Source: Octopus sinensis
Taxonomy: Eukaryota
NCBI RefSeq assembly: GCF_006345805.1
Contig: NC_043003.1
Coordinates: forward strand, 111,352,001-111,416,000
Direction of reading: 5' to 3'
DNA length: 64,000 nucleotides
The translations under genes and the position numbers were made by a program. Shown one piece after another: positions 12,625-26,615 of the stretch (position 1 is its first letter; every line of letters begins with the position of its first letter). Under the pieces are notes generated by a model. That model did no database searches. It saw only the letters and a list, made by a program, of their open reading frames with translations, and had not been told where the DNA came from.

Positions 12625-13860
12625 CCATACAAGTGACATCCAGTTGCTCTGCCCGAGCAGCAGAATAACAGAATATGTGTGCGTGTGTGTGTGTGTGTGT
12701 ATGTAAACACGCACGCTTGGTCATATTAACTGAGTGCCACATGTACGGTTGTTGTTACTAAAGTTTTAGGCGTGGTATTGGAGAGTGTCAGTAGAATAGC
12801 CGTACGCTATACGTTATTTGTAGAACGTAGATAAAATACATTACCAGTAAAGCGTTAGTGATTCTTACTAACATCCCCCTCTTAACATCATCTATAACAT
12901 CTGTTTAAATTAAAAACTTTTAATTTGATATTATTTTAAACTTTCAATACAGTAGGTTTAAAATGTTTGCCCAACTGTCATATGTTCAATAAAATCATAT
13001 AAAAATAAAAATCATGGAGTTTACACAAGGGAGATATTAGAGGAAGCCAAGTTGATTCCATCCAAGAAACTCAACTGCCCAATCTTATATAACCGAGGAA
13101 TGGTTTGCAGACGTTCGTACGAAAGAGAACAACATGAATACACCCCTACCAATGTCTCAATCGAAATTACAAAACTCATCAGAAACTTTGCGCCCAATGT
13201 ACAGGAGAGGCTACGTGTCAATTACTAAACTGGAATATAACTATTATAGAGTTTATATAACGTTATGACTGCTGAATTGATGAAGTTATTGAATTCAGTT
13301 TAAGGCTACAGAATATATTATATATTTCTGCCGAGCGCATATTACATTCCCGGAAATAATTGCTAATTCAGTTACTGAAGGAAGGAGGAAATTACTTGGA
13401 AGACTTTATTCTGCCCTCCCATATATTATAGTAAACGCGGTGGTGGTTATATGGAGAGGAAGGTGGTCCAATGCAACAGAAATGATTCTTGCGGAAATGC
13501 GAAATTATACAAAGTTATAACTGACTATAAAATTGCAGGTGGCCTTTCACTAAACCTGCCATCAAATTTGCAAAATGGAAAATAAGCAGCTTTAATAAAT
13601 TTTGAGATTTCAAAGTATCTTCTCCGATATATCAGTATCCTATAATAAACTTCAAAACAACTAATTTAAATAAATCATCGAGACACTACATCAATGAAGT
13701 GGGATATATATGAGGTCGTTTAGATCAGCTTGACCATTTCGAGCCAATAATTTACGAAATATACTAAATATGCATAAATATACATATACGGGAAAAATAC
13801 GCTTCCTCTCTTCTCTTTCTCACTCTCTCTACCATGTTCCTACACACAAACACACACACA

Positions 13861-14255
13861 TTAGCGCGCCGGGCGAAATGCTTAGCGGTATTTCGTCTGC
13901 CGCTACGTTCTGAATTCAAATTCCGCCAAGGTCGACTTTACCTTTCATCCTTTCGGGGTCGATTAAATAATTACCAGTTTCGCACTGGGGTCGATACAAT
14001 CGACTTAATCCGTTTGCCTGTCCTTGTTCGTCCCCTCTGGGTTTAGCCCCTTGTGGGTAGTAAAGGAATAGGTATTTCGTCTGCCGTTACGTTCTGAGTT
14101 CAAATTCCGCCGAGGTCGACTTTGTCTTTCATCCTTTCGGGGTCGATTAATTAAGTACCAGTTATGCACTGGGGTCGATGTAATCGACTTAATCCGTTTG
14201 TCTGTCCTTCTCTGTCCCCGCTGTGTTTGGCCACTTGTGGGTTGTAAAGAAATCA
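13861..14255 (+). mobile_element. Head-to-tail dimer of tRNA-derived SINE family B (Meta-domain-like core)
   Basis: Two units with 184-bp period (ggtatttcgtctgccg at 13887 and 14071). Core ggtcgactttgcctttcatcctttcggggtcgat..aagtaccag resembles the MetaSINE domain. Confidence 0.9.
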
Positions 14256-15108
14256 TATAGGCACATATATACACGTCCACACTTACAATCATATTCAAAC
14301 TTTTATGTTATGTACCTAGTCCGTTCTATCCCGATGTCCTATCGATGAAATACATTTCCCAATGATGATTTGTCTTCTTGCTTCTGTTTTTGTATATATT
14401 TTGTTTATTTTGTATTTGTGATTCAACTTCCATTGTTCGCCTTACTGGTCTTTTCAAGCGCCACTTACATTTTCTTTGGATATAACGACTATTATTTCGT
14501 TTTACCCCTACCCTGTATCCGCCTTTTCTTAAGTTTTTATTCGTTCGAACATAAATACTAATGTAATTAATACTAGTTTTTTAAAATTTTCTTTTTCTTT
14601 CCGACATAGCCGGATGGTCAAGCAGCGATGATGTCGTGGGTCTTATGTACTATCTCTCCTTCCCCTTCCCTCTCCCTTTATTTCTCGCTATCTCTCTCAT
14701 TGTTTCTGCCTCTCACTTTTTTTAATTACTTCAAATTTCAAGCCAATGATGTTTCACGATATTAATGCGATTCCGTTGACTATGTCACTTTAACTTACAT
14801 ATACAAAGTAACAACTGGCTGTGTGTCTTGTTTTCTTATTGTATCTCCGTCTACACTGACATTATAGTCTGTGTCATGTCTTCAAAGAAAAGACCGTTCC
14901 AAACGACTGCATTCAAGTTGTCATCACATTTAGTGATACATATATATATATATATGGGAAATACTACTTTTTTCTGTCCCCATTATTAGACTATTTCCTT
15001 AGCCATTTCCACGCTGATTGCTTTAAGCTTTAAGAAGCTTTAAGATTTAAGCTCATAAAAATACCATATATATATATATATCTATATATATATTTATACA
15101 TCTATCTA

Positions 15109-15163
<55 letters not shown>

Positions 15164-15264
15164 AGTATACGTCACGATATATATATATATATATATATAT
15201 ATTAGGGAGAGTAAATCATTAGACGCACATGCTTCTAGTGAGTTAGGATCCCAGAAAAACAGGG

Positions 15265-15336
15265 TCTCACTGAAGAATTCTCCCTGAGCAAATAAATTAT
15301 CTTTATTGCTGTAAAGAAAGAAACTGCAGTCTGAGA
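15265..15336 (+). ncRNA. Minimal type I hammerhead ribozyme candidate (GUC site)
   Basis: Stem I tctca/tgaga. Core CUGAAGA 15270-15276, GAAA 15320-15323. Stem III is palindrome ACUGCAGU, then C17. Extended stem II (ttct/agaa, agc/gct, aataaa/tttatt) with an A.A mismatch at its base. Confidence 0.7.
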
Positions 15337-15502
15337 ATTACCGGTTTAGTAAATGTTTTTTATCTTCATTTCACTTAATTTATCAAGCTTCTGTATTCCT
15401 AGCACATATTTCGCCTTAATGTACTGATATATGAAAAATATATGGCTTGTGTTAGTAATACCAGCGATTATAATTATTTTTATTTTATCGCAATTTGATT
15501 TG

Positions 15503-15545
<43 letters not shown>

Positions 15546-15659
15546 TATATATTATATAATATATATATATATGTATATATATATGGCAAGTATACGTCTC
15601 GATATATATATATATATATGGCAAGTATACGTCACGATATATATATATATATGAAAAAA

Positions 15660-17025
15660 CAAGTCAAAAATAGAAAATGCTAAAATAATTTTATAGTGAA
15701 CATTTCAGTACCGGTTTCGGTCATTTTGAGACCTTTTCAACTGTAACGATTAAATAATTAAATTTAGAAAAATTAGAAGAAAAGCGTTTTTAAAAAAATA
15801 TTTCTATAGTAGTGTTCAGATTTAAGTGGCATTCTGCCTTTCTCTGACTCCCTTGTTTGCACTTGTGTGTCGGAGGTCGTTGTGAGTTCTTGGAAGGGTA
15901 GTAGAGGAGGAAGGCTGGTGGGGAAAGGGGGATGGGAGAATCTGGGAGTGCCCTGATGGTCGTTTTTTGAATGGTCAGTGGCGGCTGGCAGTCTCAGTTC
16001 AATTCAGGAGAATATTTATATTGACAGGCTTGTTTATAGAATTAGCGTAGGTTTATAGAATTAGCGTAGGTGTTATACTAAAAAACATTAGTGACAAAGT
16101 TAAGGGGTAGGGGGTGGAGAAGTAGAAGAAGAAGAAGAAGAAGAAGAAGGAGAAGGAGAAGGAGAAGGAGAAGAGACGATGATGGTGGTGGTGGTGATGA
16201 TTATGACGACGATGATGATGATAATGATGATGATGAAGAAGAAGGAGGAGAAGGAGAAGATGGTGGTGATGATGGTGGTGATGATGATGACGACGATGAT
16301 GATGATAATGATGATGATGAAGAAGAAGAGGAAGAAGAAGAAGAAAAAAACAGAGAAGGGGGAATATGAATGGGTGTAAGTATTGCTATGAAGGGGCTGA
16401 TTAGTAATGGATTCTATGGAGTGTAATATTTGTGTGTATATATATTTTTTTCTTTTATTCTAAAGTTGAGGTATATTAATTGTTTGTCGTAGACCCGTTT
16501 AGAAGTGGCTTGTATTTTGTAATAAAGAGATTTTCTTTACTTATTCGTTGTCTCGAGGTTGTATCGTCCCTAAATTGGTAGAGGGGGAAAATTCTGAAGT
16601 TTGGTGTTTTTTTGTTGGCGCAAGTATCTGTGTTGGCTAAAAGCTATTTTTCTGTTTTGGGGAATTTTTATCTGGGATCTGTGCAGGGCCATTCGTTTAC
16701 GCAAACCATTTTTTGTTTGGCCTATGTACTGCTCTTGACACCCGGAGCAGGTTAGTGAGTATTTTAGGTTCTCCGAAGCACATGTGAAGTTGCTTTTCAC
16801 TGTAAACCGTTGTCCCTGCTTGAAGGAGAACTCTGATCCCTCAATTAGATAGTCGCATATCCCGCAATTGGGTCTTCCACATTTTTTTACTGTCGGCTTC
16901 TGTGTTGAGGAGTGAATTCGGGCTTGTGTAAGGAGACTTTTCATGGATCTAGGCTGTCTTTTGCTTTTTATGATCGTGTGTGTTTGGAGGATTGTGTTCA
17001 TTCTGTGGTCTTTTTTTAGGAGGGG
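15660..17025 (-). mobile_element. Neptune-type Penelope-like element 3' part (GIY-YIG endonuclease pseudogene plus 3' region)
   Basis: ORF 16570-17001 (KCGRPNCGIC..FTCASENLKYSLTCSGCQEQYIGQTKNGLRKRMALH). After a frameshift it continues FRIFPLYQF..KENLFITKYKPLLN. Purine-rich 3' region on + with internal GAA/GAT microsatellite and a terminal hammerhead-like motif. Confidence 0.88.
15706..15743 (-). ncRNA. Degenerate minimal hammerhead motif at the PLE terminus
   Basis: Minus strand: cag TTGAAAA ggtc tcaaaat gacc GAAA ccgg TA ctg. Stems intact, core CUGAnGA mutated at two positions. Confidence 0.55.
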
Positions 17026-17059
17026 TATGTATATATATATATATATATGTATATAAATG

Positions 17060-17645
17060 CAGGTGACTCAGAAAAGATGTTCAAACCTCTACCTAAAGAA
17101 TTTCTGTTCAAATAATACTATCTGCATTATTCATCAGGATTTTCGTATATCTTTTGTTCTTGTGTAACAGGTTTGTAAACATACATGGCATCGAAAGCAA
17201 AACGTGATTAGCTTGTCGCTTTCAAAAACAGCCGGAGTGAGCAATGAGGATATGACAAAACAGTTGAATGTATGCCGTAAAACAGTGTTCAATACCTGAA
17301 AACGATATATGGAGACCTCTAGCAAGCTAAGTCCTGGCAGGAAACGATCAGTATATCAAACAAACTGTTTAAGCTGCGAAGAAGCGTATGAACGGAAATC
17401 TACGCAGGAGCGCAAGAAAAAAAAAGTGTAAAAGCTCTTGATATTTCTAAATCATCAATGCACCTGATTTTAAAATAGGAGTTAAAGCTAACTGCATACG
17501 AGATACAATCCCAGCCGTTAGTTTCAGCGGCTCCCAAGCAGAAACGGTTCGACAGCGGTAAAACCATGTTAGCTGAGATGAAGCGAGTCGCTAACCAGGT
17601 GTTAATCTGGTCTGATTAGAAGATATTCAACGTACAAGCAGGTAC
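17060..17645 (+). mobile_element. Tc1/mariner superfamily transposase remnant (N-terminal half)
   Basis: Pseudo-translation KQLNVCRKTVFN..PGRKRSV..ALDISKSSMHLILK*ELKLTAY..IWSD*KIFNV (WSDEK motif). Confidence 0.75.
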
Positions 17646-17912
17646 CAAGAGGCGAGGGCATATATGGATTTAATGTTACGAAGTAGGAGTGTAGTAATAG
17701 GACTCCTTTTCAATCGAAGTATTATGTAAAATATTCAAGATGACATAGTCCTGCACACACTTAATACCAGACTGAATTAGAACCAGTGTGACACGCCTCT
17801 GGTTTAGCTGCTCTACGAATTATACGCGAAATCCATCCAAGACACTAATCTCACGTTTAATCTTCAAAACCTTTTACCCATTCCATGATTCTATTGCTTT
17901 TGTAAACATCTG

Positions 17913-17943
<31 letters not shown>

Positions 17944-17947
17944 TATA

Positions 17948-17978
<31 letters not shown>

Positions 17979-18016
17979 GTGTCTGTGTCTGTGTGTGTGT
18001 GTGCGCTGTGTGTGTA

Positions 18017-18166
18017 GGCGCAGGGGTGGCTGGATGGTAACAAGGTTGGTTCCCAACCACATGGTTCCATGTTCAGTCCCACTGCATGACACCTTAGGCA
18101 AGTGTTTCCTACTATAGCTTGGGGCCGACGAAAGCCTTTGGTAGACGGAAACTGAAAAAGCTTGCC

Positions 18167-18239
<73 letters not shown>

Positions 18240-18370
18240 ATATGTATTATGTAAATATATATCTATGTATGTATATATGTGTAATGGATATCGGAAGACA
18301 GAGAGAAACCGAGGTACTACAAATGTATATATATATATATATATATAATATATATATATGGTGTGTGTGT

Positions 18371-18409
<39 letters not shown>

Positions 18410-18605
18410 TTTTGACCCTCCCCACATCATCGCTTGACAAGCGAGGTTGGTGTGTTTACGTCACCGTAAACTAGTGGTTTGGCAAAAACAAAGCGCTGGA
18501 ATAAGTACTAGGCTTACAAAAATAAATCCTGGAGTCGACTTGATCGACTGCAACCGGTCCTCCAGCATGGCCGCAGTCAAGCTACTGAAACAAGTAAAAG
18601 AACAA
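18017..18605 (+). mobile_element. SINE family A, full length with expanded central microsatellite
   Basis: Head ggcgcaggggtggc..gttcagtcccactgc, ~250 bp TA/TG tract, tail ccagcatggccgcagtcaa..gaaacaagtaaaag. Confidence 0.9.
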
Positions 18606-18715
18606 CAGAATACTTTCATTAAAGCTGTCAAATGTTCACAGAACTGTCACTCAATGGTCCGCTTCCCCCTTTGCTGGACAGTTGTGATGAATATATATCT
18701 ATGGGGAGAGAGTAA

Positions 18716-18758
<43 letters not shown>

Positions 18759-18781
18759 CCTATCTCTCTCTCTCTCTCTCT

Positions 18782-18817
<36 letters not shown>

Positions 18818-18903
18818 ATATATATATATATATATATATGTATATTATATATTATATGTATATATATATATGTATATATATATTATATATATATATATTA
18901 TAG

Positions 18904-18940
<37 letters not shown>

Positions 18941-19807
18941 TATAGATATATATACTTTTGCAAACATATAGACATATATACCTATGTATATATGCATATA
19001 TATATACATATATAAGTATATGTGCGTATGTACGTATACATAAACATGTATATATATATATATATTTTTGCATATATATTTACATACATATATGCAAATA
19101 TACACGCATAACACATACGTGTGTGTGTTTGTATGTGTCTGTGGGCGCGCACGTGTGTCTGTGCCTGTGAGTGAGTGGGTGGGTGTATGAGTGTGAGCAT
19201 GCGCGCGTGTGCTAGTGTATCTGATCGAAAGCGCACGAACAGAATGGCGTAAACGATATTTCATTGGCCAGGATTATTTAAAATATTTATCTCTTTTCTT
19301 GTTACACATTAAGAAGTTAGCTTCTAAAATTCCGATTAAAATTTACATATGGAACTCATTGATGGATGTAGAAGCTTGAATTACTTGACAATATTCTAAG
19401 ACCATTTATTTCTGCTTAGTATAATTCTTAGTTCACTTAGAGCTGAAAATGCTACACCAGAATTTAAATTGCATATTTTAATGCTCATAGGTTGTTTTAT
19501 AAATTATCTTCCTCATCTGACTGGAATTGGAGTCTAAATGATACTACCATTAATAAAATACTAATACTTTTCCTCTGTAAAATAGATTTGGTAGCAAGTT
19601 AGCAGCATATGTTATTGACACTCAAATGACATCCAGGACACTTAGCAGACAAATACCTTTCGATACAGCTTCTGACAAATTTTGAGATCGTATTTGTAAG
19701 AAGATTCAAAGCCAGGACTTATGTCGAGACATAAAATCTGTAGCTATAAAATTTAGTGAAGTAAAACACCACGGAATGGTTAGCACTGTTTTTTTTTCTT
19801 TTTATTT

Positions 19808-19998
19808 GTGGGGATAATGTTTGTGTATGTCCGCCCAGACTGCTGCACTTGCTCCTACCTCTCCAACACCACATTCCTCACAGGCATCAAACACCGACCC
19901 TATCATATCACTGACTCCTTCACCTGCACTTCTAACAACGTCATTGAATGTATCTTCTGCTCTCTCTGTCCTTCTCTGTACATCGGTAAAATTGGTGG
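19808..19998 (+). mobile_element. Neptune-type PLE GIY-YIG fragment
   Basis: RPDCCTCSYLSNTT..YHITDSFTCTSNNVIECIFCSLCPSLYIGKIG matches the CxxC / FTC / CxxC / YIG pattern. Confidence 0.8.
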
Positions 19999-20254
19999 CA
20001 TTAACACTCAGTTAAAATTTTACTACGACATGAGGTGAAAAGCAGTTCCGGAGGACTAATATGTCACAAACATTTCTTTCGTTGTCATATAAACACAGTG
20101 ATTTTTAGTGGGCTATGTAAGATAGATTCAATTTCTATAACTGATACAAGGAACCGACGCGGATGCATGTGTTCTGCAGTCCAGTGAGGTCGTCCATAGC
20201 TGCATTTGGTGTATATTTTCACACATTATTATTCTCTGTCTATTGTTTCCACTT

Positions 20255-20487
20255 CATCCCACAGAGGGACGAATTAAAAATATTAGGCATAGAACACCAA
20301 TGGAAAATACGAAAACTAAAAGAAGCAGTACCTATGCTAGGACACAATAACCTCCTAAGCAGACCGAGTGCAGATATGAATAGCATATAAGAAAATATTA
20401 GATTTATAAGCCCTAAAATTCACTACGGGCATATGGCGTAGTGGTTAAACGCGCAGATTACTAACCCCAAGATTCCGAGTGATCTGA

Positions 20488-20546
<59 letters not shown>

Positions 20547-20562
20547 AATGATGATGATGATG

Positions 20563-20605
<43 letters not shown>

Positions 20606-20625
20606 GAAGAAGAAGAAGAAGAAGA
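20255..20625 (+). mobile_element. Poseidon-type PLE fragment running directly into a tRNA-like head and trinucleotide tract
   Basis: ELKILGIEHQWKIRKLKEAVPMLGHNNLLSRPSADMNSI, homologous to 8990-9150. Followed by cactacgggcata-tggcgtagtggttaa (A box, 20428-20488) and (GAT)n(AAT)n(AAG)n. Confidence 0.85.
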
Positions 20626-21769
20626 AAAGGAATTCACAGCATGGAAAGAGACTTCAAGAGCTTAGGTTGGAAAAGTCTAACTTGGTCTAATAGACATGCT
20701 CCAAACATTCAACCTTGACAACATCCTTGACAAGTACCACGGACAAATATGGGCTGCCGGCAATTACTCCGTCTGAAACATAGTGTTGCAGAGATTAGGG
20801 AGCATATTCGTCATCATTTCATTTTTTTTTTCGAAACGATTAGATCCATTGTTAGTTAGCTATCGGTTGCTCCTATCACTACAGCTTCAACAATTACTGG
20901 AATGTTCTATGACATGATAGCATTAAATCTTACTGTTAGTTTTGAGTTATGAAGTTGAACACGTGTAAAGTGTGTGTGTGATATATGTGAATATGTATAT
21001 GAATATGTACCTCACTATATGAATGCGTGTATAATTGTGTGTATTTATAGTATACGTCTAACTGATTTTCTGTTATATATTACATGTTAATATGCAAATC
21101 TTCAATATAAGTTAAATTCATATATATCTTCGAGGTTGTTTCGAAATCTCAATACCGTAATCAACAAAATTTTTTTTTTATGACAAATTTATTATATTCT
21201 TGTTGCCATTCAGTTATATTTTTATTATTTTCCCGGTCATTTCGCTTTGTCTTCCTCACCAACTGTCACTAGTATTGATACTGCCTTTCACTCCTACTTT
21301 GATACACTAAAATGTCTGTCAAATACTACTCTTAATTCGTCTACTCCTTTTCCATAATTTATTTATGGTCTTCCTCTTACGTAAGAAATCAATACTTTTA
21401 CAGCAAAACATAACTTACATGGTGTATGGCAGTTCTCAGTGACATAAAAAAATATGTGATTTCCAAACGGGAGAAATTTCCTTTAGACTTCGATGATAAA
21501 CACCGACATAGTCAATTGGTCTGAAGAGTGTAGCATCTAATTTTCGTTTTGTATTACTTGAGGGAGAGAAAACTTTCAAAGACTAGTATTCTTCTGTTTG
21601 CTTCAGAGACAATTTATGCCAACAGTTGTTGAAGTGTTTTCAGAAGATTTTGGAGCAATCATGTAGATTAATGCACCATAAGTCTAGACAAATCTTTTTT
21701 ATGTTAAAGATTTCGAATAAACTCGCATCGTTTGGTCCTGTTCCATTGTAGTTGTTTTCGCAAGGGTAT

Positions 21770-21996
21770 GTATATGTAATATATATATATATATATATAG
21801 ATATATATATATATATATATATATAGAATATCTATATATATATATATATATATAGAAATATATAGAGATATATTATATATGTATATACATATATATATCT
21901 ATATATATATATATACAATATACATAGATATATATATGTGATACATATATATACTATACATATATACATATATATATATATGTATGTTATATATAT

Positions 21997-22032
<36 letters not shown>

Positions 22033-22189
22033 GGTATATATATATAATACAATATATATATATAGGGATGTATATATATATATATACATATATATAATAT
22101 ATATATAATATATATATATGTATGTATATATATATATAGATATATATATATATGTATGTATATATATATATACATATAATATATATATG

Positions 22190-22222
<33 letters not shown>

Positions 22223-22321
22223 GAGTAGATATATATACATATATATATATATAATATGTATATATATATGCATATATATATATATGTTATATATATCTAT
22301 ATATCTGTATTATATATATGC

Positions 22322-22354
<33 letters not shown>

Positions 22355-22420
22355 TATGGTATATATATAGTATAATATATATATATTTATATTATATTAT
22401 ATATGTATATATATCTATAG
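21770..22420. repeat. Long degenerate (TA)n microsatellite field
   Basis: ~650 bp of interrupted TA repeats; source of the YI/IY ORF artefacts. Confidence 0.95.
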
Positions 22421-23002
22421 GTATATGTGTGTGCTTGTATGGGAAGGTGGTGGTGTGCGTAGATTTTATTACCTTTGTAGTTATATGTCTTTTAAAAAAA
22501 TATTTTGGCACTATACTCTGAAGATACATTTAAGATTCATCTCTTTGCCAAAATCGATGACCAATAGGCCAACAAAGAACATAATTGGTAACCAATGTGA
22601 CAAGGGCACGTCTACGTGATCTTGGCTTGACCTTTCTATTTCTCACTCAAATCAATAGCTTCATAAACATGAGGATTATAACGATAATATTAATGAAGCT
22701 AATGGTTGATATGAAGAAAGATAATTATCACTGCTAATAAGATAAGGGTGGCGATGCCAATGTCGAAGGTTTGAAGTTAAACTGATTGATAACAATTATT
22801 TTGCTTGGTTGTTATTGTTATTATTTTCACTTGAGTGAAATTATGTTTCAATGTGCGACCACATTGAATATCCTCATATATATGTGAACGTGTAGGCATG
22901 TCTGTGTGTGTATGCGTGTGTCAGAGAGAGAAAGAGAGACAGAGGCAGAGAGAGACATAGAGAGAGAAAGACAGTATGTCAGTGTTTGTATCTATGTATG
23001 TG

Positions 23003-23033
<31 letters not shown>

Positions 23034-23038
23034 GTGTG

Positions 23039-23071
<33 letters not shown>

Positions 23072-23229
23072 ATGTGTGTGTATACACACCCCATTACACA
23101 GTACAATCACTCCGTTGCTGAGCCATTAGAGCCATAAGATGCTTCTTAAGACCAGCTGCTGACCGACAGAGTTTAAAACACAAGTGACAGATATTATTTA
23201 AGTTTCTTCTATATATTTTCCCCTTTGAA

Positions 23230-23636
23230 ATCTTATTCTGAAGGAATGTTTTTGTGTACTAACATATGTTCTTTACGTCCAGACATTTTCATACAAGATT
23301 TCGACGTATGACAAAAGTTGTAAGAGATAGTTGGTGACCAAGACCGTTAGCTATCTAGGCATTTCGATTTTCATGCGACTTCAAATGCTTCATGCCTCCT
23401 TTTTTTGCCAACAGAAGACGATCACATATAACACACACCCAATCTTCTTAGTTGATTACAGTTCTATTTGTTCCTTTACGACAGGCCCTTTTAAGTTCAG
23501 AGTGCTGAATCATCTTTCCCCCCCAGGCATTACAACCAGTCCTAACAGTACATCTCCACTTGTTCCAATCTAGAGCATAATGTTCTCAAACACTTCCGTT
23601 CATATCTAGTTTCTTCAGGTTTTCCTTCACACAGTC
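23230..23636 (-). mobile_element. RTE-clade LINE 3' coding fragment
   Basis: Minus strand DCVKENLKKLDM..*EHYALDWNKWRCTVRTGC..KMIQHSELKRACRKG, then C2H2-like WVCVICDR..KHLKSH and a second decayed finger (KEHMLVH). Confidence 0.75.
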
Positions 23637-23998
23637 TTTATATATGTATAGACGTGTATGTCTGTATGTGTATGTGTATGTGTCTGTGTCTGTATGTATG
23701 TATCTATGTATCTATGCTTATGAGAAAATGAGATGGCAAAGGAATAGAAGTTTATTTTATGGGCTTCATTAGCTTACGGCTGTTTTTGTTATAAGACGCA
23801 GTGGACACATACTTGAGTGACTGAGTAACGCCTCATAGCTCTATCGGAACCTCAAGTATGGAGTGCAGTTTACTAAAGGTATATACATATAATACATATA
23901 TACAAAATGAGAGGGACGAGGAGAGAGACACAGAGTTGAGAGGGATTGGCTGAAAGAGAGAGAGAAAGAAACAGACATATTTATATATCTATGATAAA

Positions 23999-24035
<37 letters not shown>

Positions 24036-24337
24036 CATAGATACATGCAGATATAAAGTGTGTATGTGTTTGTGGGTGTGTATATCATATATATGCTGCG
24101 TGTACACAGATACATATTCATGCATGTGTGGATATATATATAATATATATAATATTATATATTATATATTATATATATTATATATATAATACAGAGGGAG
24201 GGAGAGACCTATATAACATTTTTATTGTATACACAATCGATAGACGCATCTCTGCAATATATTTCCTGCAATAACATTTCTAACGGTCTTACTACAATAA
24301 TAATAATAAAAATAATAATAATAATAATAAAAATAAT

Positions 24338-24374
<37 letters not shown>

Positions 24375-24887
24375 TAATAATAATAATAATAACAACAACA
24401 ACAACAACAACAACAAAATAAATCTCTAAAACCAAAATTTTTCTGAGCAGCGGTCAGTAGTAAGCCGCCTGTCGACAGAGTGGGAGAGATTTGGCCTCGG
24501 AGAGGAATGCGTACAAAATGCCGTATTTTCTGAAGTAAGGATGAAGTCCCTGCTATTCTTTTCCTCATTATTGTTGCATCTGTTACTAGACTGCTTAATT
24601 TTTGTAAAGTCTTCAAAGTACGTTATTCCTGTAATCTTACATTTTTATAAGATATTCTGCTACATTATCTTAAGTGCCCTACTCCATTTTAAGCCATTGA
24701 GCAGGAATGTACGGGTATCTGGCATTTTTTAATCTTTAATATTTGGTCAGTGCAGATAATTAGAGATGGAAAATAATGATTAACCACCAATAATTACGTA
24801 AAGGAGCAGTTGAGGTGATGACGTTCAAAATTATTAAGATGAATACTTGTTCTGAATGATGACGACAACGATGACGACGACGACGAC

Positions 24888-24925
<38 letters not shown>

Positions 24926-24983
24926 GGATGAGGATGATGACGACGACGACGACGACGATGATGATGATGATGATTTATGATGG

Positions 24984-25035
<52 letters not shown>

Positions 25036-25479
25036 GGTGGTCATGGCTGGAATTATTAAGATGAACAAAAAAAGGAGAAGGAAAAAAGGAGGAATCAAAG
25101 TGTAAGGATTATCAGTAGGTGGAGTAAGTGATGGTTAGATTGAGAAGATGCTGTGGGTGATGTAAATGCTTATGATACTAAAATTGATGGAAAGTATGTT
25201 GGAGCTAATTTTGGTTGCGGTATTAAAAGTGCATCGCTTTCGACTGTTTTTTGCTGTTGTTGCTTTGTGAACGGGTAAGCTTTACAATCGTAGCGTTGAT
25301 GTTCGTGATGATGCGAAGGAGTGAGAAGTTTCCCTCACATCTATCTACCTTTTCTGTTTGACGCACAAGATGAATGCGTTAAACATCCAAAAATATATAC
25401 TTAAAAAAAAACAAGAAATTCCCAAAAGAGGCCGACTCCAATAAAGATATAATTCAATGAATTATAGAAGAAAAAAATA

Positions 25480-25497
25480 TTATTATTATTATTATTA

Positions 25498-25541
<44 letters not shown>

Positions 25542-25640
25542 GTTATTATTACTATTATTGTTATTATTATTAATAATATTATTACTATTATTATTATTGT
25601 TATTATTATTAATATTATGATTATTATCATTAATATTATG

Positions 25641-25703
<63 letters not shown>

Positions 25704-25712
25704 GTTATTATA
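25480..25712. repeat. (ATT)n microsatellite
   Basis: Direct inspection. Confidence 0.95.
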
Positions 25713-26233
25713 TATAAATAGAAGTCCATTGATTGTGCAACTGAAGAATTAATGTGGAGATGGATATTAATGATAAGGATGTTGGAGCAGAGCGAGCGAA
25801 CGCAACAATTGACCTAAATCAAATAGCTGAAAGGGCGGAGTGGAATTTTTAAAATATCCCCTTTATAGAGAGTACTGTATAGAAATCAGGATTTTTTTTT
25901 TACAATCATATATAAGTACGAGCATTTTATTTCATATCCGTTAGTTTCGATAAATGATATAGAAGAGAGGAATCAATTTAATAGTATTAGATTGAGAGTT
26001 ATAATAATTCCGCACGCATGGTGTATATAGGCAATAGGATTCACCTATACTTGCATAGGAACACGTAAGGTACACTGGGATAAAACCTGTAGAAATTGCA
26101 TCTGGTGAAGGCCTAAATCAATAACTAAGTGTGCAAACACGTAAGACACGCACAGAAAATTCCATATAACTGTATTTATCTGTCTCTATTTGATACTTTC
26201 TGACTGTCTTTCTTTCAAGGAATCCATCCAGCC

Positions 26234-26234
<1 letters not shown>

Positions 26235-26296
<62 letters not shown>

Positions 26297-26316
26297 ATCT
26301 ATCTATCTATCTATCT

Positions 26317-26349
<33 letters not shown>

Positions 26350-26364
26350 ATATCTGTTCTATCC

Positions 26365-26424
<60 letters not shown>

Positions 26425-26580
26425 GTCTATCTATCTGTCTATCCATCTACCTATCTATCTATATATCTATCTATCTATCTATCTACCTATCTATCTATAT
26501 ATCTTTCCGTACACACACACATATATATATACACACATACACATATACATACACATATACATACACACAACACACAACAA

Positions 26581-26615
<35 letters not shown>

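Noticed and set aside
16091-16379. Arg/Asp/Glu-rich ORF resembling a protamine-like or acidic protein
   Set aside because: GAA/GAT/GGT microsatellite inside the 3' region of a PLE; no ATG start or splice context.
24400-24760. Moderately GC-rich unique segment with open frames on the minus strand
   Set aside because: No recognisable motif or convincing splice sites; the ORF length depends on the adjacent microsatellite.
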